Below are positions 37,417 to 46,592 of a DNA stretch of 58,701 nucleotides, in pieces (position 1 is the stretch's first letter; each line of letters begins with the position of its first letter). The stretch is from assembly GCA_013911595.1 (NCBI GenBank), contig JACESY010000001.1, positions 1 to 58,701 on the forward strand, in the 5' to 3' direction. The notes below the pieces were generated by a model. It was not told the origin of the DNA and searched no databases. It saw only the letters and a list, made by a program, of their open reading frames with translations. This DNA is from Azoarcus sp. Its GTDB lineage: Bacteria > Pseudomonadota > Gammaproteobacteria > Burkholderiales > Rhodocyclaceae. Made by a program: the position numbers and the translations under genes.

Positions 37417-38646
37417 ATGGCAGAGACTCTCGTAAAGGTAGATCTGAACCAGTCGCCCTACGACAACGACATGGTTCATAACCGCTGGCACCCCGACATT
37501 CCGATGGCCTGCTGGGTCAAGCCGGGTGACGACTTCATCCTCGAGACCTACGACTGGACGGGCGGCGCGATCAAGAACGACGATGACGCCTCGGACGTGC
37601 GCGACGTCGACCTCACGACCGTGCACTTCCTGTCCGGGCCGGTCGGGGTGGAAGGGGCGGAACCGGGGGATCTGCTCGTCGTCGATCTGCTCGATGTCGG
37701 TGCCAAGGAAGAAAGCATGTGGGGCTTCAACGGCTTCTTCTCCCAGAAGAACGGCGGCGGCTTCCTGACCGAACATTTCCCCGAGGCACAGAAGAGCATC
37801 TGGGATTTCCACGGGCTGTACACCACCAGCCGCCACGTGCCCGGGGTTAGCTTTGCGGGCCTGATCCATCCCGGCCTGATCGGCTGCCTCCCCGACCGCA
37901 AGATGCTCGACATGTGGAATACCCGTGAGAAGGCACTGATCGACACCGATCCTGATCGCGTGCCGCCGCTCGCCGCACCGCCCAGCGCACCCACCGCGCA
38001 CATGGGCAAGATGAGCGCTGACACACGCGACAAGGCCGCTGCCGAGGGCGCGCGCACCGTACCGCCACGCGAACACGGCGGCAACTGCGACATCAAGGAT
38101 CTGTCGCGCGGATCGCGCATCTTCTTCCCGGTGTACGTCAAGGGTGGTGGCCTCTCGGTAGGAGACCTGCACTTCTCCCAAGGTGACGGCGAAATCACCT
38201 TCTGCGGTGCAATCGAGATGGCCGGATGGGTCCACATGCGCGTGTCGCTGATCAAGGGCGGGGTTGCGAAGTACGGAATCAAGAACCCCATCTTCAAGCC
38301 GAGTCCGATCACCCCGAACTACAACGACTACCTGATCTTCGAGGGCATCTCGGTGGACGAGCGCGGCAAGCAGCACTATTTGGACGTCCACATTGCCTAC
38401 CGGCAGGCCTGCCTGAACGCAATCGAGTACCTCAAGAAGTTCGGCTATACCGGCGCCCAGGGCTACGCGATTCTGGGTACGGCGCCGGTACAGGGACACA
38501 TCAGTGGCGTGGTCGACATCCCCAACGCTTGCGCGACACTGTGGCTTCCGACCGAGATCTTCGAGTTCGACATCAACCCGAGTGCGCAGGGGCCGGTCAA
38601 GCACATCGCCGGCGGGGTGGACGTACCGCTCGCCCCTGATCTTTGA
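37417..38646 (+). CDS. fmdA: Formamidase (FmdA/AmdA family)
   Basis: HNRWHPDIP, DWTGG.I.N.D.A.DVRDVDL..VH.LSGP, PPREHGGNCDIK, GDLHFSQGDGEITFCGAIEM, VDIPNACAT; AGGAGG RBS. Confidence 0.95.
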   Translation: MAETLVKVDLNQSPYDNDMVHNRWHPDIPMACWVKPGDDFILETYDWTGGAIKNDDDASDVRDVDLTTVHFLSGPVGVEGAEPGDLLVVDLLDVGAKEESMWGFNGFFSQKNGGGFLTEHFPEAQKSIWDFHGLYTTSRHVPGVSFAGLIHPGLIGCLPDRKMLDMWNTREKALIDTDPDRVPPLAAPPSAPTAHMGKMSADTRDKAAAEGARTVPPREHGGNCDIKDLSRGSRIFFPVYVKGGGLSVGDLHFSQGDGEITFCGAIEMAGWVHMRVSLIKGGVAKYGIKNPIFKPSPITPNYNDYLIFEGISVDERGKQHYLDVHIAYRQACLNAIEYLKKFGYTGAQGYAILGTAPVQGHISGVVDIPNACATLWLPTEIFEFDINPSAQGPVKHIAGGVDVPLAPDL

Positions 38647-38665
38647 CTGTCTGAGCAAGATCCGG

Positions 38666-38695
38666 AAGGCATCGCGACCTGGGTCGCGATGCCTT
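38666..38695. other. 14-bp intercistronic hairpin between fmdA and fmdB
   Basis: AAGGCATCGCGACC-TG-GGTCGCGATGCCTT. Confidence 0.6.
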
Positions 38696-38726
38696 GTTCG
38701 AGCAGATTTACGGAGGTCCCCTGGAA

Positions 38727-39071
38727 ATGCCCGTCTACGAATTCCTGTGCGATGCATGCGGCGACTTCACTGCCGTACGTCGTGTGAGCGAGCGCGATGC
38801 CGTATGCACCTGCCCGCAATGCGGCCAACCAGCGGCACGGGTACTGCTCACCGCGCCGAAGCTGAGCGTCACGTCTTCGGCCCAACGGGCCGCGCACACG
38901 ACCAACGAACGCTCAGCACACCAGCCACTGACCTCGACCGAGTACAAGGAGCGTCACCGTCACGGCCCCGGCTGCGGTTGCTGCAACGGTGCGAAGAATC
39001 GCAAGACGAACGTATCTGCCGATGGTGCGAAGAGCTTCCCAGGGACGCGCCCGTGGATGATCAGTCATTGA
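38727..39071 (+). CDS. fmdB: FmdB family zinc-ribbon protein
   Basis: MPVYEFLCDACG...CPQCG, AH.TNERSAH.P, HGPGCGCC, RPWMISH. Confidence 0.9.
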   Translation: MPVYEFLCDACGDFTAVRRVSERDAVCTCPQCGQPAARVLLTAPKLSVTSSAQRAAHTTNERSAHQPLTSTEYKERHRHGPGCGCCNGAKNRKTNVSADGAKSFPGTRPWMISH

Positions 39072-39497
39072 GCCACGCAACCGATCCACCGCGAAGCCTC
39101 CTGCTCTGACCTTGAGAGTCATTCGGTCCGGACTTCACAACGCGATCTGGCTCTTGTCCTCATCGCGGCGGTAACGCGCACGGTACGGTCTTTGAGGAAT
39201 TGATCGAAGAGCGCGAGGCCGAGCCTGCTCGCAAACTTGCGTGCGACGATGTCGCGTGATCCGGTGCCCTGCCTTCTGGATGAGACTTGTTCGTGACGAA
39301 AATCCGTTTCACGACTCTTCACGGGATAGGTTGGTTGGCGCACTCGCAAGAACTCGAACCTGGAACGCAGCCTTCGTGGGGCTGAACGCTATCCGGTTTA
39401 TCATGAGCGCAAACGAATGAACAGAATCCGCCGCCCGTGAGAGGGGCGCTGAAGGGAAGGTCGCAAAGACGACCCACCCCATTCAGCCGGGGAGGTC

Positions 39498-41858
39498 ATG
39501 AGCGCACGTGCCGAGAGTTTCGCCAGTGACGCCTATCCGAGCGCATTGCGCGCGCGCGCATGGTCGGAGGTGCTCGCGCTCCTGTATCTGAAGACCTGCT
39601 CCGATTGCTCCGCGGCACGCCTGGTCGGCTTCGCCACGGTGCGCGATTCGCCAGCCGGTGCGCGCTTTGGCCATCTCAAGGGCGGGGCGCAGACACTCGT
39701 GTCGCTGGAAGCACAGGTGCGAGACGGAGCGATCGTCGTTTTCGTCTGTCACCACGGCGAGGGGCGCGTCACGACCAGCGACCGAGAGGAGGCGATCGCC
39801 GTCGGCGACGGCTTCGTGATGGATGCGCGCAGCGACTGGCGCATCGAATTCGACGCCGACTTCGCTGCGACGGTGGTGGTGCTGGGCGATGCCGGTTTCG
39901 CCAGACGGGTGCTGAACACACGCCGCTCCAATTTCAACTGCATCAGCCGATCGGCCGCGCTGGGTGCAGTTGCGACCGATCTCGTGCGCTCGGCAGGTGA
40001 GCGTCTGGAAGCGCTGGAATCGGGTGATCTCGGGCAGATCGAGGCTGCGCTGACCGGCATGATGCTGCCCGCTCTTGCGCATGAGACGGACGATGTTGCG
40101 GAGAGCGCCTCCACTTCGGTGCAACTGGCCCATCTTCGCCGCGTCTGCCAGTTGATCGATTCGCACCTGACGGAGGCCGATCTCGACCTTGCGCACATTG
40201 CGCACGAAGCCCGGTTGTCGCCACGCTATGTTCAACGCCTGTTCGCAGGGGCGGGTACCACCTTTGGCGGGCATGTGCGCAAGCGGCGACTGTATCGATG
40301 CCGCAACGATTTGCGTGACCCGGCACTGTCGCACTTTGCGATCGGTGAATTGTGTTTCCGGTGGGGATTTGGCGATGCGGCCAATTTCACCCGGGCATTT
40401 GTGCGCGAATTCGGCTACACGCCCAGCGCGTGCCGGGCAGCATCACAGGAGTCGAAGCCGGTGCGCCTGCGCGGACGCCCGGACTCCGCCGGGGTGCCTT
40501 CGCTCAGTGCGCATCCGGGTGACACGACCCTCAGGAGAGAGATCGATGCGCAGTACCGCGATGACGACGGTGCCGCGCATCACTACCTGCACGCCACGTC
40601 CGAGACCGTTCACTGGGGGTATTTCAATCGTTTCCTTGAGCCGGTCGCACGCGTGCGTTCGGGAGATCGAATCACGATCGAGGCGCTGACCCAGCACGCC
40701 ACCGATGATGTCGAACGCATGGTGCGTGATGATCCGGGCGCCGAGAGCGTTTTCCGCTGGGACGCCAGCGGCAAGGCGGTCGATCGACGCGGTGCCGGGC
40801 CGCTCGATGCGTCGATCTTCGGGCGCGGTGCGGGCGAGGGTTTCGGCGTGCATGTGTGCACCGGGCCGGTATTCGTTGAGGAGGCGGAACCGGGTGACGT
40901 ACTCGAGGTGCGCGTTGTGGACATCCGTCAGCGTCCGAGCCACAACCCGGAGTTCGCCGGACGCAGCTTTGGCAGCAACGCTGCGACCTGGTGGGGTTAC
41001 CACTACCACGATCTGCTCACCGAGCCACGACCCCGCGAGGTCGTGACCATCTACGAACTGCACGCAACCGGCTTCGACAATTTCGCGCGCGCCGTGTACA
41101 GCTTCCGCTGGACTCCACAGACCGACCCCTCGGGCGTGCGTCACGACACCATCGACTACCCCGGCGTGCCGGTCGATCACGCCACCATCCACAAATGCCA
41201 TGGCGTGCTCGACGGCGTGCGCATACCGCTGCGCCCGCATTTCGGCGTGCTGGCAGTCGCACCGCGGCATGAGGTCGACGTCGACTCCATACCGCCGGGT
41301 TGCTTCGGGGGCAATCTCGACAACTGGCGGGCCGCTCCCGGCGCCTCGCTGTTCCTGCCGGTTGGGGTGCGCGGTGCGCTGTTTTCCGTCGGCGACCCGC
41401 ATGCCTCGCAGGGTGACTCGGAACTGTGCGGTACGGCCATCGAATGTTCGCTCACGGGCGACTTCGACCTGATCGTGCACAAGGCCTGCGCGCTCGAAGG
41501 TCACTATCTCGCCGACCTCGATCACCCGTTTCTGGAGACCCCCGACGAATGGGTGATCCAGGGCTTGAGCCACCCCAACCACCTGGTCGAACTGGGCCCG
41601 GCCGCACAGACGGAAGTGTACAAGCGCGCGTCACTCGATCTGGCGATGCGCGACGCCTTTCGCAAGACGCGGCGTTTCCTGATGACCGCGCACGGATTGA
41701 GCGAGGACGAGGCGATTTCGCTATTGTCCGTCGCGGTCGATTTCGGGGTGACGCAGGTGGTCAACGGCAACCTTGGCGTGCACGCGATCGTGCGCAAGTC
41801 GATTCTGCGCGAACGCGAAGGATTACGCTGCGACGGAGTGCGGGCCCGACGGGCTTGA
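39498..41858 (+). CDS. AraC-family regulator fused to an acetamidase/formamidase domain
   Basis: AraC HTH (IA.E..LSPRYVQRLF...G...R.RRL...I.ELCFRWGF.DAANFTRAF..EFG.TP) followed by TVHWGYF, GPV.V..AEPGDVLEV, GGNLDN, GDPHASQGDSELCGTAIE, VDFGVTQVV. Confidence 0.9.
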   Translation: MSARAESFASDAYPSALRARAWSEVLALLYLKTCSDCSAARLVGFATVRDSPAGARFGHLKGGAQTLVSLEAQVRDGAIVVFVCHHGEGRVTTSDREEAIAVGDGFVMDARSDWRIEFDADFAATVVVLGDAGFARRVLNTRRSNFNCISRSAALGAVATDLVRSAGERLEALESGDLGQIEAALTGMMLPALAHETDDVAESASTSVQLAHLRRVCQLIDSHLTEADLDLAHIAHEARLSPRYVQRLFAGAGTTFGGHVRKRRLYRCRNDLRDPALSHFAIGELCFRWGFGDAANFTRAFVREFGYTPSACRAASQESKPVRLRGRPDSAGVPSLSAHPGDTTLRREIDAQYRDDDGAAHHYLHATSETVHWGYFNRFLEPVARVRSGDRITIEALTQHATDDVERMVRDDPGAESVFRWDASGKAVDRRGAGPLDASIFGRGAGEGFGVHVCTGPVFVEEAEPGDVLEVRVVDIRQRPSHNPEFAGRSFGSNAATWWGYHYHDLLTEPRPREVVTIYELHATGFDNFARAVYSFRWTPQTDPSGVRHDTIDYPGVPVDHATIHKCHGVLDGVRIPLRPHFGVLAVAPRHEVDVDSIPPGCFGGNLDNWRAAPGASLFLPVGVRGALFSVGDPHASQGDSELCGTAIECSLTGDFDLIVHKACALEGHYLADLDHPFLETPDEWVIQGLSHPNHLVELGPAAQTEVYKRASLDLAMRDAFRKTRRFLMTAHGLSEDEAISLLSVAVDFGVTQVVNGNLGVHAIVRKSILREREGLRCDGVRARRA

Positions 41859-41888
41859 TACAGCCGTCGGACCCGCCGCGGCGCCAAC

Positions 41889-43337
41889 TCAGGCGCGTGC
41901 CGGGAAAATCTGCTTCGGAACGATGGCGTGTACGCCCCAGTTGCCGTCCACGACCTGCGTGATGCCGAAGTCGACGGCGATCGATAGCAGCGACACGGCT
42001 TCGTCTTCGCTCAGGTTCTGCGTGCGCATCAGGAAGTGGCGCATCTTGTGGAAGGCGTCACGCAAGGCCAGATCCACCGAAGACTTGGCGAAGATCTCGT
42101 TCTGCGCGTCGGCGCCCAGATCGCGCAGGTAGTTCGGATAGCTGAATCCGTGCAGTACCCACTGCTCGCGCGTCTCCAACAGGGGATAGGCGAGTTCGGC
42201 CAGCGGCGAATCGTCCAGTGTCGCCTTCTTGTGCAGGATGAACTGGAACACGCCCGTCAGCGAGCATTCGATCGCCGTGCCGCAAAGTTCCGAGTCGCCC
42301 TGCGAGGCATGCGGGTCACCCACCGAGAACAGCCCGCCAGGGACGGACACCGGGTAGTACATGGTTGCGCCCTTGCCCATGCGCCAGTTGTCGATGTTGC
42401 CGCCCGTGTAGCTGGGCGGGATCGAATTGACCATGTCGGCCTCGACCGGCGCCAGCCCCATGGTGCCGAAGTGAGGACGCACCGGGATGCGGATGTCCTT
42501 GAGGATGTCGTGTCTGGGCTGAATCGACTTCGGATCGACCGGAACGCCGGGATAGTCGATGATCGGATGGATGACGCCGGACGGATCGGTCTGCGGCGTC
42601 CAGCGGTAGTTGTAGGCGGCACGCGCCCAGTTGCGCTCCCCGCGCGCATCAACCTCATAGATGGTGATGACCTCGCGTTTGGTGGGCTCCTCGATCAGGT
42701 CTCCGTAGTGGAACCCCCAATTGGCTGCGGCGTTCGAACCGAAGGTGCGTCCCTTGAATTGCGGATTGCCGGATTCGCGCGGCCACACATCAAGGATTCG
42801 CACTTCGAGGACGTCACCCGGCTCCGCCCCCCGTATCGCGATCGGGCCGGTACAGATATGCACACCCTGGCCGCCACCGGCCCCGAGCGGATGATCCATG
42901 GGGCCGGCGCCGCGCCGGTCGACTGCCTTGCCGTTGGCGTCCCAGCGAAACACGCTCTCGGCGCCGGGATCTCCTTTGATCATGCGCTCGACATCGTCGC
43001 CGCAATGGTGAGTGAGCGTCTCGATGGTCGCGAAGTCACCCGACTCCAGTTCGACTGTCGGCTTGAGCGACTTGCTGAAGTAGCCCCAATGCACCGTGTC
43101 GGCGGTGGCCGGGATGTGGTAATGCGTGGCCAACGCCTTCTCGGTGCGCACGGGGCCGCCACCGGCGAAGGACGAGGCTGCGTGCGCGGACGAGCCGAAC
43201 GCCCCGAGCGACAGCGCCGTGCCGCTGACGAGTACGTCCTTCATGAAACCGCGCCGTGCCTCGGTGAACTGCTCGACCGCTTGCGCGTCCTGATGCCCAT
43301 GCGAACAACCTGGCCCGCAACGATGTTCTGACGACAT
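41889..43337 (-). CDS. Acetamidase/formamidase family protein with probable Tat signal peptide
   Basis: ARRGFMK twin-arginine motif, h-region, AHA cleavage site; TVHWGYF, GGNIDN, GDPHASQGDSELCGTAIE; GGAGG RBS. Confidence 0.88.
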   Translation of the reverse strand: MSSEHRCGPGCSHGHQDAQAVEQFTEARRGFMKDVLVSGTALSLGAFGSSAHAASSFAGGGPVRTEKALATHYHIPATADTVHWGYFSKSLKPTVELESGDFATIETLTHHCGDDVERMIKGDPGAESVFRWDANGKAVDRRGAGPMDHPLGAGGGQGVHICTGPIAIRGAEPGDVLEVRILDVWPRESGNPQFKGRTFGSNAAANWGFHYGDLIEEPTKREVITIYEVDARGERNWARAAYNYRWTPQTDPSGVIHPIIDYPGVPVDPKSIQPRHDILKDIRIPVRPHFGTMGLAPVEADMVNSIPPSYTGGNIDNWRMGKGATMYYPVSVPGGLFSVGDPHASQGDSELCGTAIECSLTGVFQFILHKKATLDDSPLAELAYPLLETREQWVLHGFSYPNYLRDLGADAQNEIFAKSSVDLALRDAFHKMRHFLMRTQNLSEDEAVSLLSIAVDFGITQVVDGNWGVHAIVPKQIFPARA

Positions 43338-43471
43338 GATGCTTCCTCCCAGTTGGCTGAAACCTCGCCGGCGCACACGTTTGCGCGCCGGTCCCGCCGC
43401 AAGTACCGGAAGTCGCCCTGAAGGCGTCCGGTTCATGCAGCTGGAATCAGTGTGGATGGGGAGCAGGTGTG

Positions 43472-43489
43472 TCGCTTGTCACCAAGCGA
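43472..43489. promoter_or_regulatory. Palindrome upstream of the Tat amidase, possible regulator site
   Basis: TCGCTTG-TCAC-CAAGCGA. Confidence 0.35.
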
Positions 43490-43651
43490 ACAATCGCTGG
43501 TCGAGAGCGTTGCGTGGCATCACTGAAGTGCTCACATAGTCGCGGGAGAATCCGCTACCCCGCTAGGAGACACTTGATCGCATTCTGATAGGCGGCACGT
43601 ACCGGTTCCACCATCGCATCGTCCCGGCAGAGCTTGCTCATGTCGTTGCTT

Positions 43652-43790
43652 CGTCAGCCTCACCATCTGATGGACACCCGATAGGTAGAACTTTCTGGCA
43701 TGTCTTATCAGTAAGGAGGTTCCCGATGAAGAAGTCACGATTCACCGAAAGTCACATCGTCTCGGTTCTGAAGCAGATCGTGAACGTGGC
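43652..43790 (+). mobile_element. IS3-family remnant (degenerate left IR plus first ~17 codons of orfA)
   Basis: IR-like CGTCAGCCTCACCATCTGATGGACACC; AAGGAGG RBS; MKKSRFTESHIVSVLKQ from ATG 43726, then similarity ends. Confidence 0.8.
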
Positions 43791-43939
43791 TGTTCTGCGC
43801 AATTAAAGTCGAAAACGTCGCTTCAGCGCCGACAAGGGCTCCCTCACCACCCCGCACAGCTCGCGTCACGTTCAAAGTCGAAAACGAGAACACATAGTTC
43901 AACGGCTTCGTAAGACGTTTGCCCAATAAAGTCGAAAAC
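43791..43939 (+). mobile_element. Probable Tn7-like transposon left end (TGT terminus plus three TnsB-site-like repeats)
   Basis: TGTTCTGC-GCAATTAAAGTCGAAAAC; exact AAAGTCGAAAAC at 43805, 43874 and 43928 within 150 bp. Confidence 0.65.
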
Positions 43940-44106
43940 ACCCCACCACCTTTCGAGGGAGCGATGTGTATCGGATGGCAAAGCGTTCGCCTGGGCTCAC
44001 TGTTTGATCAGCCAATCCGATACTGCGGACGCCGGCATCGGACGCGAGATGAAGAATCCTTTAGCACCCTCGGAACCCAGCCAGCCCTTTTGCTTGCATC
44101 GACCTG

Positions 44107-45039
44107 CTAAATCAGCCGGGCCGGCCATGTCCCTTCGTCGACCATTTCATGAGCAACCTCGATGACGAGCCTGTGGACCGCGCGCATTGCGCGCGAGCGC
44201 ACACGTTTGGTGGAAGATGCGACGTACACGCTCCACGAGAGCGGTGGGTCTACGATAGGTGTCGCAACCACGCTCCCCTCTGCCAGTTCACGGCGCATCG
44301 TCACACGCGGCAATACACTGCAGAAATCACCGTTGATCAATTCCATGATGCTGCTCATCGAATCGATCTCGAACTTGACGTTCAGCGGCACGCCGCGCCG
44401 CGTAGCCTGTTCGTAGAGAAGCTTGGTGAGGACGTTCGGATAGCACGGCAACACCAGTGGGAACTCGGCGAGCAGCGGAAACGGCACAACCTCGCGGTTC
44501 ATGATCTTGTCCTTGCTTTTCGACATCAGAAACAGGTCCTCGGTGAGCACCGGGGTCAGCTCTGTAGTGTCGTCGAGCGGCAGCATCGCCGGGTTGTACA
44601 ACACAGCCAGATCAAGCGCGCCTTGCTGTAGCGACTGGCCCAGGCTGCTACTCATAGCCTCCACGACTTGAAGGGTGATCGACGGGTACCGCTCGTGCAC
44701 ACGCGGGACGATCCGAGTGGTAAGCGCGCGAGCTGCGGTCGTTGGTACGCCAAGTCGCACTTCCCCGGACGGATTCGACGTCAGGTCCCGAACAAGGGTC
44801 GGCGTGCGATCGATCTCGTTGAGAATCGACCGGAAGTGGCTCAGCAACATGGCCCCCAGGTCGTTGGGCAAGACCCCTCTCGAATGCCTCACCACCAGCT
44901 CGACGCCTAATTCCTCCTCCAAAAGTCTCAGGTGCTGGCTCAACGCCGGCTGCGCAACTCCAAGCTCGGCAGCAGCTTTCGACAGGCTGCCGCATTCAAT
45001 GATGCGAACGAAATATCGCACTTGTTTGAGATTCACCAA
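44107..45039 (-). CDS. LysR family regulator (Nac-like)
   Basis: LKQVRYF..I.ECGSLSKAA.ELGVAQPALS..L..LEEELG..L..RHSRGV; PSGEVRLG. Confidence 0.92.
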   Translation of the reverse strand: MVNLKQVRYFVRIIECGSLSKAAAELGVAQPALSQHLRLLEEELGVELVVRHSRGVLPNDLGAMLLSHFRSILNEIDRTPTLVRDLTSNPSGEVRLGVPTTAARALTTRIVPRVHERYPSITLQVVEAMSSSLGQSLQQGALDLAVLYNPAMLPLDDTTELTPVLTEDLFLMSKSKDKIMNREVVPFPLLAEFPLVLPCYPNVLTKLLYEQATRRGVPLNVKFEIDSMSSIMELINGDFCSVLPRVTMRRELAEGSVVATPIVDPPLSWSVYVASSTKRVRSRAMRAVHRLVIEVAHEMVDEGTWPARLI

Positions 45040-45461
45040 GCCCCCTGTTCAGCACCCTGAAGTTGGTCATAGTTTCCGCACGAAACTTATACCAGAACAA
45101 ACCAGGCCAGACGCTGCAGGCTGTTGCGCAAACTTTTCCGCCACCAAAAATAAAGTCCAAAACTGGGCGCAAGCGCTCAATTCTGGTGCAAGTCCCTCAC
45201 GATCGTCTATCTGAAGCCACTTCGGGCACCGACCAGCCGCACCAACCTGAGCCATCGTTTTTTTATATGGCAGATAGCCTAAAACTGTATTTGTTTTATG
45301 GTTTTTTGTCTGCATTAATGACGTTGTCCGATCGATACGGGTGTCCGGCAGTGCCGGATCGCTCGGGCCGAGTCGGCATGCCGGAAGTCGCTTCGCGGCG
45401 GCCAATAAAGGCGCATCCGTCGCGTGGAACGTTCCTGAATTCAACTTTCCGAGGACGTCAA

Positions 45462-46520
45462 ATGAAAAAAGGATTGCTTGCTTCATTGCTGTTGGCCGCA
45501 GGCCTGGTGGCTGGTACCGCCCAGGCAGAGCAGATCAACCTGCGGGTTGGGTCGGGTCACCCGATCGGATTGCTCTCATACACCGAGACCGCGCATCACT
45601 TCTTCGTACCGCAGCTCAAGAAGCGCATCGCAGAAAGGACCGACCACAGTCTGAAGGTGATGGAACTGCATGCCGGGCAAGTAGCGAAGGTCACCGAGGT
45701 ATTGCGCGCCACGCGTAGCGGTCTGCTCGACATCGGTTTCGTGAGCATGATCTTCGAACCGTCCGAGTTGCTGGCGCACAACTTCCCGCTGTTCCTGCCC
45801 TTCGGCAGCCCGGATTCCAAGGTTGCCAGCGAGGCGGCCCGCGCGACCTATGCCGCCTTTCCCGTGCTGACCGAAGTGTTTGAAAAAAAGCACAACCAGA
45901 AGCTGCTGGCAATCAGCTGTCTGGCCAACTACGGCCTGGGTACGAACTTCGATTGGAGCCACTTCTCGGATCTGCAGGGCCGCAAGATTGCCGGGGCGGG
46001 CGTGAATCTGGACTGGATCTCGGGAGCCACGCCGGTTGCGTCGAACCTGAACGAGGCATACCAGGCGATTCAGACCGGCGTGTATCAGGGCTACATCAGC
46101 ACCGCCACATGGTGGACCACGTTCAAGCTCAATGAGGTCGCCAAACACTTCACCAAGACCGACTTCGGTGCGATGCCGGTCAACGCGGTGACGATCAATC
46201 TGCAGACCTGGAACAAGCTGCCCAAAGACGCGCAGGACATCCTCCAGGAAGTCGCGCGCGACTATGAGGACGCCACCGCTGAAGTGTGCGCCGCCGCAGA
46301 CCGCGACGGGCTCCAGAAGGCCGCCGAATCGGGTGTCACGGTCAAGGAAATCAGTCCCAAGGCCCGGCGCGAGTGGGCCGAGGCCGTGAAGGACTTTCCC
46401 AACCGGATGGCCCAGGAAGTGAACAAGCAGGGGATGCCCGGCAGCGCAATCCTGCGCACCTATGTCGAAGAACTGGCCAAGCGCGGCTACCAGTTCCCCT
46501 ATCCCTACGTCATCGACTGA
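45462..46520 (+). CDS. TRAP substrate-binding protein (DctP family)
   Basis: Signal MKKGLL...AQA, GLLDIG, DL.G.KI, EAYQAIQTGV, W.KLP. Confidence 0.88.
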   Translation: MKKGLLASLLLAAGLVAGTAQAEQINLRVGSGHPIGLLSYTETAHHFFVPQLKKRIAERTDHSLKVMELHAGQVAKVTEVLRATRSGLLDIGFVSMIFEPSELLAHNFPLFLPFGSPDSKVASEAARATYAAFPVLTEVFEKKHNQKLLAISCLANYGLGTNFDWSHFSDLQGRKIAGAGVNLDWISGATPVASNLNEAYQAIQTGVYQGYISTATWWTTFKLNEVAKHFTKTDFGAMPVNAVTINLQTWNKLPKDAQDILQEVARDYEDATAEVCAAADRDGLQKAAESGVTVKEISPKARREWAEAVKDFPNRMAQEVNKQGMPGSAILRTYVEELAKRGYQFPYPYVID

Positions 46521-46528
46521 TACGCCAA

Positions 46529-46557
46529 GCACACCTGGCCGTCGCGGCCAGGTGTGC
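46529..46557. other. 13-bp hairpin after dctP (mRNA stabiliser or attenuator)
   Basis: GCACACCTGGCCG-TCG-CGGCCAGGTGTGC. Confidence 0.55.
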
Positions 46558-46592
46558 CCTTGATTCGCAACGATCTGAAAACAGGCAATTCC

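Noticed and set aside
43805-43939. Three 12-bp repeats as a possible mini-CRISPR
   Set aside because: Repeats are too short, spacing is uneven (69/54 bp) and there are no cas genes; a transposon end fits better
45122-45163. TGT followed by AAAAATAAAGTCCAAAAC, resembling a fourth TnsB-like site
   Set aside because: Single copy, same orientation as the left-end sites, and not at the 8-bp offset from TGT; it cannot be called a right end, though it may be a relic
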